A stretch of 64,000 nt of DNA from Octopus vulgaris (lineage: Eukaryota): assembly GCA_951406725.2 (NCBI GenBank), contig OX597815.1, positions 125,054,001-125,118,000 on the forward strand. Reading direction: 5' to 3'. The translations under genes and the position numbers were made by a program. This document shows positions 51,579 through 64,000 of this stretch, piece by piece; the stretch's first letter is position 1; each line of letters opens with the position of its first letter. Below the pieces are notes generated by a model. That model was given only the letters and a program-made list of their open reading frames with translations. It ran no database searches and was not told the DNA's origin.

Positions 51579-53229
51579 AGTATAATTAAAGTGTTAGTAC
51601 TACAGTGAAGTTGAATGTACAAAGATTTAGGCCAAATGATGTAAATATAATATCACATGGCTTGGAAGCAACATATATTATATTTATAACAAATCAGATC
51701 ATATATATTGTTCATCATCAACATAAGCATCATCATCCTAATACTACTGATAAATTCATCTTGTAAAATGAGCACAAAAAGTGAAAGAAGAGGGCAAGAT
51801 TGACAGAAAAGATCTCAAATATCACAATTTACACTATAGAGAGTTTTCTGCTTTTTCCATTCCCACCCCCCATTTTTTTCTTTTCAAATAATAATTTGAT
51901 TTTGAAGGTTCTCTTGATATATATATATCACTTTCTGACAAGATCAATCAGTTTTATCTAATCCTAATAAGAAATGCAATTGACACAAGTGATTTATCAA
52001 AATAAAAAGACCTAACATCAAACAATAGATTAAAATCAAATAAATTCACATTCCACTGCCAAAATTATTGTACTTTTCTTTTTATGATTGTGAGTTTTTT
52101 TTTTTTGTTTTGTTATATGAACTATTTCATCTTTTCTTTCTAGTTCTCCTGTGTAAAAGCTTAAACATTTTGCAGCAGATTTTACTGTTTACTTACTTCT
52201 GCATCATAACAAAAACATTAACAACCAATCAGTTTCCAGCTTGTCCTCTTTCTCCATCCTCATTGAAATAGATGCAAATCTATATCCATATCACCACAAT
52301 TTTTCTCTCATGCCATTATGTCATCTCAACCAAAATTTGTTTATCCCTTAGCTCCATATCATATTGCTGAAAATCACATTCAAAGTAGTTCTTTCTGGTT
52401 ATTGTAGATGTTTTTATCTTTAGTTATTGCTCATCTTTCATCACTGTACAGCAGTTTAACTGAAATAACTTCCCTATAACCAACTTTCATTACAGAGAGG
52501 AGAAAATGCTTCTGTCATTATCATTATAGCTTAAAGCTTTTGAGACTATTTCTAGCCACTATAAATTTTCATTACTATATTAATATTACTGCTTGTTGCC
52601 TCCTGCAAAATCCATTGATCAAGTTTCATAGATAACAGAAATTACCAGCAAAAACTTCTAAAATTCTTTTATTACAGCAGACCATGCTTGCTTCAACAAC
52701 ATGTAAAACTGTTAAAAACACAAAATTTGTCAGTAATAATGAAAAGCAGTCACACTGATTCTGAAACATGGTTAGTTCTTTTCTTTTGCAATCTTACAAA
52801 TGAACTTACTACTCATAAACTAATGTTTAAACCTGTAAAAGAAACACTAAATTATATTCAAATGTAGTAGGTTACAATTAATGAAACAACTGTAATCTCA
52901 ACAGTCCTAAAGAGTTTGCAAACGTCATGGGCATAGCCTTTTCTTATAGACCAAACCAATGAAATAAAAAAAAAACAAATAAATAAATAAATAAGCAAAA
53001 GTTTTGTTATATTTGCTATTCTTTTTTAGGATCCTTACAGATATTTTATTTCATACAATTATCAGGCCGGTGGATAAAACTAGTACTGAGTTTAATATAT
53101 TATTTTGTTAATTTATTATTCTATAATTGGTTTCAAACAGAGGCTGCTGTCATCCTGGGCCACCACTATTAGCACTAATGCTTGTATATTTTAGAATCAC
53201 TTCCTAGTACTGTTTCTGGAATTGGTCTT

Positions 53230-53740
53230 GGTAAAGTAGTAAGTGGGACAGAGCTGCCCTTCCTTGTATTTCTTGCAGTGATATAAGTTCATCTGATAGA
53301 TCACATAAAAATTTGTTTCATTGTTCTTTGAACATTTATACCTTGTAGATCTCTGAGGTCTCTTGGCAAGGCCTGAATAAGCTGTGAGCCTTATTACAGT
53401 GTTGGGTTTTTAATCTGGACAGAGAGGGCAGGAACTCTGATACTAAGCAGTGGCATGCAGTCCAGTGATTAGTATAGCTTTCCACGCTGGACCTTCCATA
53501 ATCTTCCATATACATATTACTACACATTGTTTATATCCTGTCTCCAAGGAGTAGAACCTCAGCTCTTATAATCTATGCTTTTAGTCCATCAGTTGCACGG
53601 AGGTAACCTTCTTGGATTAGTGGCTTAATAGTGAAGTTGGATTGCTTTGAGTGCTGTGATCTCTAGACAATTTGTAGTTCTTAACACTATTTGCCTAGTT
53701 ACCAAACATAGATATCTGATTCTTTGAGGAACATTCTTAA
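53230..53740 (-). mobile_element. Possible very old LINE fragment
   Basis: GC-elevated block with weak resemblance to an RTE C-terminal region; no clean motif. Confidence 0.3.
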
Positions 53741-54786
53741 GCTTCACTAGTAACCTCAAACAGATAACAAGGAAATCAATTCAGTACATCCTTCCATGAT
53801 AAAAATCAAGTAGGTGCTTCACTTACCGGATTGCTAACACAGACATAATTCTTGATTTTTAGGAAAGGTCAAAAATGAAAGAGATTCAATTTTCAAAATT
53901 ACAGTGCTATTATATTATTGAATTTATGAAAACTGTATCCAAAATGTTATTTAAAAATGACCTTGGCATTATAAAGATGAAAACATACATAGACACCCAA
54001 GTTCATATTTAATTTTCGACATAATTTTTTGGTTTAAATGTTTCTCCTAATTGTCACATGAACTCTTAAATGTGAATTTAGACATCTTTGTATTTAAGGG
54101 CTAGGTTGGTTAGTTAACATAACAAGCAGTAAGTCAACAAAAGGGTGTTTATTCAGTTGTTGATTGTTGTTTGGCAAGTATATAATATTTTCCCTATTTC
54201 TTCTAAAATATTTATATGTAAGCTTTAACACCACACAGATAATCTTTTCCTTGGGAAAGTAGGAAAAGCATAAATTAATGAATCAAACCAACCTAATACA
54301 CACACTAAATGAAATATTATATTACAAAAATTTAAATAAAATTTCAACAGCAATTTCAAACCTCTCCCCTACACACATGCACATACATACATACATACTA
54401 TACATATACATCTATATATATCTATGCATGTATGCACTCAGGAATGAATACATGCAAGTATATGTGTGATAAGTGCTCAAGCACATTTTGCATGAATAAA
54501 TATTGGCATGTATATGTTATAAGCAATCTTTACAGCTGTTTATATATACTCGGATATTTTTTCCCCTTATTTGCAATGTCAAGCAATTTGATGTAATGAT
54601 CAAAATGACAATAGATAAAATAGATTGTGAACCTCAATAGGAATTGATTGTTAAGAAACAGAATAATCAGTTACCTAGAGACAGTCACTCATGTGTGTTG
54701 ATATCTCGATGATATATGCACACCTCATGTTATCAATCACAATGGGTTATCGATAACAATAACAGCACTGTATTTCACCAAGATTT

Positions 54787-54821
<35 letters not shown>

Positions 54822-55576
54822 TTATCATTTCGTTAAATTATTTATACATTCATTTTTGTTTTATTTTCAAAACATATATTCAGAACATTTAAACCAATTC
54901 CAGATTAAGATTATCTTTACACACAAATTACATACATACATGCAGTTACAGAAATAAGAAAAAAAAATGTTATTAAATAAAAATAAGTAAATAAATTTTT
55001 TAAAATAAATAATAATCAAAAGAATGGCTTCCTATGTTCTCATTAATTTATATGTATTTATAAATTGCATTTGAAAAGAAAATATTAAATTTTACAACCA
55101 GACAGTTGAAAAGTGTAAGTTGAGTAAATCAATTTTGACATAAAGAACCTGATTAACTATATAAAATTAACGTAAATTTTTATGTTAATGTATTCAAATA
55201 TGAACACATTTGTGTATATAATTTACATACAGAGAGAAGTATACAAAACTACAAATATAAATACACATACAAGCATGCATGCACACACACACACACACAC
55301 ACAGATATATGCAAAAACCTATGTATGAACATGTAAATACACAGGGGTACACATATGTATGTAGATATTTTTAAGGATATACATAAACATTTATAAGCAC
55401 ATTTGAATATACATACATATTCATAATAAACAGATATACATATGCATATATGAAGCAAGGTGAGAGCTTCTACTCAGTAGTTCCACCTGCTACAAATTGG
55501 AGCAAAAAGAATCTCACTCTGTGTGTGTGTCTGTGTGTGTGTGTGTGTGTGCACACATGCACACAGACACACAAAA

Positions 55577-55750
55577 TCACCCAGCACACCCTGTAAAGTG
55601 GTTGGTGTTAGGAAGAGCATCCAGCCATAGAAACTATGTCAAAGCAGACTGGAGCCTAGTGCAGCTCTCAGGCTTACCAGCTCTGGTCAAAACCCATCCA
55701 GCTCATGCCAGCATGGACAATGGACATTATGATGATAATGATGATGATGA
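55577..55750 (+). mobile_element. Family C RTE-tail element
   Basis: gtaaagtggttggtgttaggaagagcatccagcc...gccagcatggacaatggacatta, (GAT)n tail. Another copy at 56215-56397. Confidence 0.82.
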
Positions 55751-55859
55751 TATATATATATATCTTTCCTTCCCTGGGTGTCTGCAAATACTTTGCATGC
55801 ACCATGTCCTCGCATTGTTGTTTTTTGCTTGTGTTTGTTCTTTGTTTTTGTTTTTTATT

Positions 55860-55912
<53 letters not shown>

Positions 55913-56409
55913 TATGTATACATACAAGGTGCAGTGAAAGACCAAGGTAAATGTTAGTAAAATGATATTTTAATAACATAAATGTGAAGGGATACAGTTA
56001 ATTTCATTTGATTTTCAAAATGATATCCTCCAAATGGTGATTTGTAATTCTAATTGCAATACACCGTTGTAGTCAGTTTCTGATGTTTTCTATCATTTAG
56101 CAAATGGAATCTCTTTCTCTCTCTCATGTACATGTGTTTTTCACACTCTAACCTTTCATCATCTAGAACAAGATCACCTCCTCCAAAGTTCCCTCCCCAC
56201 TCAAAAATTCTTTGTCTTGCAAGTTACTTGGTGACCCTGCTAGTGCAGGTGCCATTTAAAAAGCACCTACTCCACACTGTAAAGTGGTTGGTATCTAGAA
56301 GGGCAGCTAGCTGTAAAAAACATGCCAAAACATACACAGCCCCTGTCAAACTGTTCAACCCATGCCAGTATGGAAGTAGGGCATTAAATGATGATGACTA
56401 TTATATATA

Positions 56410-56440
<31 letters not shown>

Positions 56441-56441
56441 T

Positions 56442-56477
<36 letters not shown>

Positions 56478-56489
56478 TACATACATACA

Positions 56490-56520
<31 letters not shown>

Positions 56521-56544
56521 TTCTACATATTTCTCTCCCTCCTT

Positions 56545-56685
56545 ATTTATGTGTTCCTTTCTGTTGGAGAGCTTGGGCCCGAAACGTAAAAGACTTTCTC
56601 ACTTCCTGAGCGTCCAATAATACTATATTTGTTCCACGTCCTCGCATTGTTGTGTTTTTTTGTGCTTTCTTGTTGGATTAACTTT
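56545..56685 (+). mobile_element. Family H2 Penelope-like tail with hammerhead-like motif
   Basis: cttt-ctgttgg-a-gagc-ttgg-gccc-gaaacgta-aaag at 56557-56592 (stem I cttt/aaag, helix III ACGU). Confidence 0.65.
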
Positions 56686-56701
56686 ATATATATATATATA
56701 T

Positions 56702-56974
56702 AATAATATGTTACATTACTCAATAGTTAAGATAAAACTCTGAGTTTCAGATGCCGAAGTGGAAATCCACAACACCATGTCTTCGGTTATCTGGCCATCT
56801 CCTTAGACGGCCAGATAACCGAAGAGATGGTGTTGTGGATTTCCACCTCGGTATCTGAAACTCAGAGTTTTATCTTGACCATTGAGTAATGTAACATATT
56901 ATTTTATAGATAAATTTCCTCTATTTACATAATATTGAGGTCTCTTTCTTTCTTTTGTTATCTTACCGTTTTTA

Positions 56975-56980
<6 letters not shown>
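56702..56980. mobile_element. Asymmetric palindromic element (family H3)
   Basis: 99-bp arms 56702-56800 and 56805-56903 with 6 mismatches and a 4-nt loop. Right arm continues about 75 nt. Embedded in (TA)n. Confidence 0.9.
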
Positions 56981-57022
<42 letters not shown>

Positions 57023-57994
57023 TAAAATATATATATATAAACAATTATATATAAACAATTGAAAGGAAAAGCTTATTCTATTTTTTTATTTACTTATTTT
57101 TTTGTAACTCCAACTACAAGACAGACCATATTTGACTAATACCAATAAGAGACCCACTAAGTTGATATTGGCAGTAATTAAAAACATCAGAAGCAAATAT
57201 AACAAAGTAATGTCCCTTCATTTTGGCAAACAAATTCCTGTTTGCGTGACCTCTCCACAACTATTAAACAGTCTCTAAAGAAAATACTAAAGAAGTAACG
57301 AAAAACAATAAAACAAGTGCCATCATGCATTTTGGAAAGGAGTAGAGATTGTTGGTCAGCTGATGACTATGAGTTAAAACTTATCACATGCAAGCAAGCA
57401 ACTATAGTGCTTACCAAAAAATATTCTAAACAATGTTTGGAAATGGTTAAAAAGGAGATGAAACTTGAGTGTAAATTGATCATACAGGAATAGGATTTAG
57501 AAAATGTCATAGAAAAATTTCATCATCAGTAACTGTAACAAAAATAAAGTTAGCAAGAAATTCAATTGAAATTAAACTACAGAGATGAAAATACAGTATG
57601 TACAAATCACAGAAGATCCTGGGCAGGAAGATACAGGTTCATTTGAAGAAAAATCTGCTGTGACTAAAAAACAAGAGTTTAACCAGGGTGCAGTATTGTC
57701 AGAATAAACCTGGGAGAAATATTATCCCCACAATACAAAATCAATCAGTATCAACTGTGATACTCTTGGAAGTATGGTTGAAAAGCTTTAAATGTAGAAA
57801 GCACCAGAAAGAGACCGGTTACTGTTACACAGGAATGACCTTCTATCAGAGGAATCTTATTGATTCATAGCAGCAAACTTTCACTGGAGATATAAATACA
57901 CCAGGCACACTGGCATTGACAGAAACAAGTCTGTTAGCAAAAAAACAAAGCCATTTACATGATGAAGAGCTGCCTGACAGTTATATGCCATAAT

Positions 57995-58223
57995 TTAACC
58001 CTTTTAATACCAACTCGCACCAAACTGCTCTAGATTTACAATACAAAGTTCCTGTTTTAAGTTGATCTCAATTAAAAGCCACCTTCAAAATTTCATGTTA
58101 ATTTTATGGTCTAAACACCAGTTTAATAATGACAAAATTATTTTACTAACTATTGCATTATTTCCAAAATTAACTGAAACAAAGGCAGTACATTTCAACA
58201 GAAATTTGACAACAGAAGGTCAA
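57995..58223. mobile_element. Possible piggyBac-like MITE
   Basis: Begins TTAA-CCCTT; far end degenerate (agaaggtcaa). Confidence 0.35.
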
Positions 58224-58929
58224 ATGATAAAATGTATAAAAATGAATAGATAAAATGCATACAGCCTTTTTGAACCTATTCTTCCTAGGTTACTGTGACA
58301 ATAATATTAGCACACTCCAACAAGCAACTAGGAAGGATGAGCTTGAAAGGATGGCCTGAAAAAGTTCAGGGTTGAGAAATAAAAAGCCAGTTCAGAGAAT
58401 TGAGATGGTGAAAATTTTAGAACATTGGATGGGATAACATTGGATGGTATCTGTTCTAGGTTTTTCTGATCTAATGACAACATCACCAGTGCTAAGCTGT
58501 TTCACCAATTTTCACTGCCTCAACAACAGCAGCTGAGGGACCTACTCTCTGTTCCTCCATCAAGCAGCTTATTCAGTTTCTTTTCTCCCCAACAATCCCT
58601 CTCTCTCCTTTATTCTTCCATTTATCTTCTCTTGCACTTACTATTCTAGTTCTCTTCCATCACTCCTTCTCTTTGCCTTCCACTCACTTTTGTGCTCTAG
58701 AAACAAGACGATTTTCTAGGGCTGATGAACAGAGACAACGTTATAGGGTAGAGAAAACTCTTTAAGTCTTGCCAGAACCAAAGCAATCTCTCTAGTGCTG
58801 GTTTCATTATAAAGCATACACAGTACACTCTGGTTAGCTATAGGAAGGGTATCGTGTCACAGAAAACAAGCCAAAAAAAAAAAAAAGGGAATAGAGTTAA
58901 AAGCAACTCATAGTGCCAATCTTTCATGG

Positions 58930-59780
58930 AAGGCAATACATCTGAATAAGAAGTGCCTCACTTACTGAGATCTCATTCAACATTTGTTTGATAAGCAGAA
59001 AAGTAGGAAGGAACGCCATACAATGTACTTAATGTAGACAATAGGTGCAGTGGGATCACAAAATTCTGTCTGGAAAAGATGCTAAGGATTAGTTAGTAGT
59101 AAGAGCATTCATAAGACAAGAAGTAGTTGATAGCTTCTGTTACCTAAGTGATCTAATTGGGAGTGGAAGATAGTGGCCCGAATAAGAAGGGGACAGGGAA
59201 AGTTCAAGAAGCCATTACCTTTGGTAACATCAAAGAGATTCTTTCTTTGAGTGAAAGACAGATCGTATGATATTTAGGTACAAAGTGTGATATTATATGG
59301 TAGCAAAACATGAGTGTTACATGCAAGATATGCACAAAAGGTGGAAAGAATTTAGTCAAGCATATTCTGCTGGATGTATATTGTTAGTGTGGAAGGTGTT
59401 TATAAGCCATTTAAGCAACACACAAAAACTGTTAGATTCACTTCAACATTTAAATTTAATTTGTCGAAATATTTTGACAAATTAAATTTAAATGCTGAAG
59501 TGAATCTAACAGTTTTTGTGTGTTTCTTAAATGGCTTATAAATACCTTCCATGCTGTTTTCATTCCAGCACAGGATCTCAGATCAGGTCACTTGCTATGC
59601 AAGTACATCTCCGTAATATACTGTTAGCATGCATCAAAAACAGAATGCAAATTACCCAAGAGAAAGTGTATTAGAGAAAACCTGAGTTGATATGGACATG
59701 TGATGCATATGGAGGATAACATTTGGGCACAGAAGTGCCAGGTGATATAAGTGAAAAGAGTCTGTAGGAGAGGAAGGTCA
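58930..59780 (+). mobile_element. Decayed RTE fragment interrupted by a palindrome
   Basis: agaagtagttgatagcttctgttacctaagtga (EVVDSFCYL) and tatggacatgtgatgcatatgga (YGHVMHM) match the reverse complement of 16730-17120. Confidence 0.8.
59388..59616. mobile_element. Asymmetric palindromic insertion (family H4)
   Basis: Near-perfect loopless palindrome 59390-59551 centred on aaatattt, plus about 65 nt extension. 11-bp TSD tatattgttag (59377-59387) / tatactgttag (59617-59627). Confidence 0.9.
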
Positions 59781-59941
59781 ACAAAAGACAGAGAGAAAAG
59801 TAATAAAAGCTGATTCCAGGAGGCTGAACTTCAAAAATGATTGTGTTGCAAAATACTTGTATATTCTATAAAATGATGGAAACATAGACATAAAAGAAGA
59901 TGGTGATAATGACAAAGATGATGATGACGATGATGATGAAT

Positions 59942-59973
<32 letters not shown>

Positions 59974-60316
59974 ACATATATATATCAATAATGTTCAGAA
60001 AGACTACATAAATACTAAGCTAAAAAAGAATGCTACCTTGTTAAAACTATACTGATTCCAAGAAGAAAATGTGTCTTTTAATTATGATATCTAAAAGTAG
60101 ATGAAGTTCATGAAATGTGGAAATTTATTTCTTCAGAGGAAGACAATGGACTTAGTATAAAGGCTTTATTGGAGAGTCAAGAAATCTAGGTTATTCTATT
60201 TTCTAAACAGAGTCTAATATTGTGCAATAAAAGATTCTGACAAAGAAACAAATTACAGTTGTAAAGGCAATCAGACAACTTGGATAGACAAACAAAGACG
60301 CAAACAGAATTTACTT

Positions 60317-60488
60317 ATGTACATACATACATGTGTATATGTGTATGTGTGTGTGTGTGTGTGTACGTGTGTGTGTGTGTGTGCATATTTGTGTATGTAT
60401 TTATATACACAAATATGTGGGTATATATATCTATGTATATATTACTCTCTCACTGAATATGTTGTGTGCATCTATCTATCTATCTATC

Positions 60489-60534
<46 letters not shown>

Positions 60535-60750
60535 TATGCATGAATGAATGTATGTATGTATACACACACGTATACATTAAAATACATATATATAGGTACA
60601 ATCTCTCTCTCTCTTTTTCTCATTCACACACACATCTATGCATGTCAATGTCTGCATGTGTGTCCATCTGTATATATGTATGTATGTGTGGGTATGCTTA
60701 TGTGAGCTATGTATATATACTCCCATAAGCACACACACATACACAGGACA
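60317..60750. repeat. Mixed GT/TA/CA/TCTA microsatellite field
   Basis: Directly visible. Confidence 0.9.
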
Positions 60751-63700
60751 TATTGTACATCAGTTTCCTCTCTCTAACACAGATGTTTGCTAAAATTCAG
60801 TCACTGTTAAATATTTGCCTGTCTATTAAATATTTCTCAACATTATCAGTTCATATTTTCTTCTGTGTCTCGACTTCTTTGCACCTCTATGGTTCTTTGA
60901 TGAATGGCTTTCACAAGACTACTGGATCTTGTTATAAGGCCATACATATCATCTCAACCTTCTCTTCACTGTTATGAGAAGAACTTCATATGAGTCAATG
61001 TGACACAGGATAGTTTGTCAAACCCATTTATTTATGATTTGGTCCAAGTATAAGATGCCTAAGATTTTGTTGCAGCATTTTGTTTCCAATGTCTATATCT
61101 TTTGCTGAACTGCTGTCATGAGAGTCCATGTGTAAAGGAAGATGGAAAATACTAGTAATATGTGTGACTCTAGTTTTGTTGACCATAGCAACATTTTTAT
61201 CTCTCCACGTTACCTTGATTATCTTTAATAAAGTCATTGACATTTGTCTTTAATACATTTGGTTTTCATTCAGAACTGCTTCACTATATGTGTGTGTGTG
61301 TGTGTGTGAGTGTGTGTGTGTGTGTATACAAGCATGTACATGTCTATGTAAGTGTGCTTGGCATATCCATGGCAAACAGCATTACATATCTAGACATAAG
61401 GGCTTTTGTGTAATCCACTTCATAGTTGACTGCAGAAACCATGGATTGGGAAGCCTTCTTAATTTACTGAATAGTACATGTGATTGCATGAAGCCCATAG
61501 GTCCAGACACTTAACTGTGTTTGCATTGCATAATACAAACGTATATCAGTATATATATATTAGTCTATCACAATGATGGGTACAGTGTGCACTTTTATGA
61601 CTTGTACCATAAAATGAACAAAATCAATACACACACACACACCAAATACACACACAGTGGTTTTGTGCATTTTATGATACATTATGTACATATACGTACA
61701 TACATATGTATGTACGTATGTACATACATACGTATATACATACGTGCACACACACATGCATACATATATGAAAAGGAAACATCACTACACTGCACCTTCT
61801 TGAACCTCATATGAAGAAAACACCACTGTACACTCTTTAAACTTGAGTGTCACTCAGAGCTTCATAGTAGTCCCAAATATCAGGTCCCACTATCGCTAAG
61901 GATCTTTCTGGTGAAAGAACATCCTCAGCACAACTAGAACATCATTCTAAAGACTGACTCTTCTCTTCTGGATATAAGAGTTTTTTAACTTCCAACTGCA
62001 GCTCAGAATTTTCATAACTCAATTTAGGCCCAAAACAGAGATAGTGGTATTGGTGGTGGTGGTGTTGTTATAAATACAGGTATCCTGGACTGCAACCAAG
62101 AGGGCCACAACTAATTGGTAGTCAAACATACATGGACATACACTAGCCTTCACTCACAGATGATCTGTCACCCAACTCTAATTTTTCTATCGCTACTAAA
62201 ATGTCCTTTTTTCCTTAGAGCTGGCTGCACCCATACTTCTGCCACCCAGGTGTTCCAAAACCACTTGTCTACTATACCCAGCCCTTCCTCCCCAGAATAT
62301 CAACCTTCTGGAATCTTCTCTCTGCCCATGTCTTTCTTGCAGGTATTGACCTGCAATGATTTAATGGAACATTAACAGCATCTAACTCAGCTATCCCAAA
62401 GGGCCCAAACAAAAGTCCCATGCAAAACTCATAGGCACTACCCCTTCCTCAAAACTACGACAGCAACATACACACACACTTGCACACACACATGTATACG
62501 CACACTTACACACAAATACACACTCTAGAGATATATAAATAGATGCAGACATCTCCAGAATATATATCTAAATACGCAAATACGTTTTAGATGTAAAAAT
62601 CTTCATTACTACAGACATTAGAAAATTCATATTGTGATGTGTATGCATGCAGTGAACAGACACAAACGTACACATATACACACACACACACACAAGCATA
62701 CACATACAAAGATGCTAACACACAAAACACTTATTCAATCAATGTAGCGTGCTGATGCACAGTTATACAACGACTGCAAAGAGACATCCCAGCATGCACT
62801 CTATAAGCAAGCTACGTCATTTTTCCATAAAAAGATCAGAAAGAAGAAAAAAATAAAATAAAAATTCAGACTGCAAGAAGATCAATGCTCCTAAGTTAGA
62901 TCTCGGCACTCCCATGGTTGATGTGCAGTCTGAGGCAGCTAGTAGGATAGAGCCAGTGTTGTAGCCTATAGTTGATACAATAGTCTCCAAGCACTTGTAT
63001 ATCAAACAGCCATCAAAGCTACTAGCTGTCATCACTAACTCTACTCACACTTACTCCCACTGATTGCAAGTAAGAAACCAAGAGGAAGTGTACTCAAAAG
63101 TTCTAACAATGATGAGAGAGGATATTAAGCAAAAGTTCCTTAGTAAATATAAACCCACCACCATCACCACCACCACCAAACACACAAAAAAAAGAGAGAA
63201 AAGAATAAAATAAAACAATCAACAAAAACCCTAAGAGTTTACTTCTTTGATTTTTATAATTGTGTATAGTTTTTTTTTTGTTTTGTTAAATTTTTCCTAG
63301 CCTCTCCCTCTCTCTGTTTATGTTTGTGTGTGTCACTTTCTCTCTCTCTCTCTCTCGCTCTCTCTGTCTTTGACTTTCCTTTATTTAAACTCAGTACAAT
63401 CCAATTACTAATTAATGTTTATCGTAATAATGATTATTTTGTAGGAAGGAAAAGAACAAACAGGCTTCGGGAATCTACAGTTAAAGAGAAAAAACAGAAA
63501 AAAATATATACATGAAAAAGCATTACAAAACCAAATAAAAGTAAAGAAAAACAGAGAAAAGAAAGTAAAGCAAGAAAATAAAAAAGAAAAAAAAAACATC
63601 TAAAGGAAACAGTTTTAATTCAGACACTTTATTTTGTGATAGTTGTACAAGAAAGGAGTTTGATATTTTACATATACACACATGCATATTCACACACACA

Positions 63701-64000
63701 TACATACACACACCCACCCCACACACCCACACCCACATGCATATATACATGCATGCATGCTTACATATAAGCATATACATAGAACAATTTTAACAAGTCA
63801 GCTATTTGATGAATGAAACACCAAATAATAAACAGAAAAAATATATTCCAGCAACTGAAGTCACAATAATGAGTTTATGTGAAGGCCTATGGAAAGAACA
63901 AAAGCCCTTATGTAGCACATCAAAATTGCCACTTCTCTTGTAGGTAATGCTGAAACATATATTCAGTTCCATTTTTAATGTAATATATCATATACATTCA

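Noticed and set aside
52808-52830. Possible 23-nt minus-strand micro-exon (ttttacag|...|gtaagt)
   Set aside because: Stops in all three frames; it could only be UTR and nothing else supports it.
57060-57970. Possible decayed Penelope RT/GIY-YIG coding remnant next to H3
   Set aside because: Only a faint YTGMT resemblance; not supportable without a profile search.

Overview
AT-rich, microsatellite-dense eukaryotic DNA. The SINE/LINE repertoire looks like an octopus (coleoid cephalopod) genome; that is recognition, not a database result. Most of the window is intronic or intergenic and repeat-derived. Two well-supported internal exons of an unidentified minus-strand gene (25493-25588 and 23889-24092) splice in frame. 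The rest includes a near full-length decayed RTE-clade LINE nested in a SINE, other RTE and R4/Dong fragments, mariner/Tc1 MITEs, a HINE/DINE-like element and several tRNA-SINE families. The most unusual signal is a set of asymmetric palindromic insertions, most with 11-13 bp target-site duplications. Three copies are head-to-head pairs of a tRNA-headed SINE whose tail carries a minimal Penelope-type hammerhead ribozyme motif. Unrelated families at 56.7 kb and 59.4 kb share the fold-back architecture with hammerhead-like motifs. Almost all ORFs in the supplied track are microsatellite or transposon artefacts.
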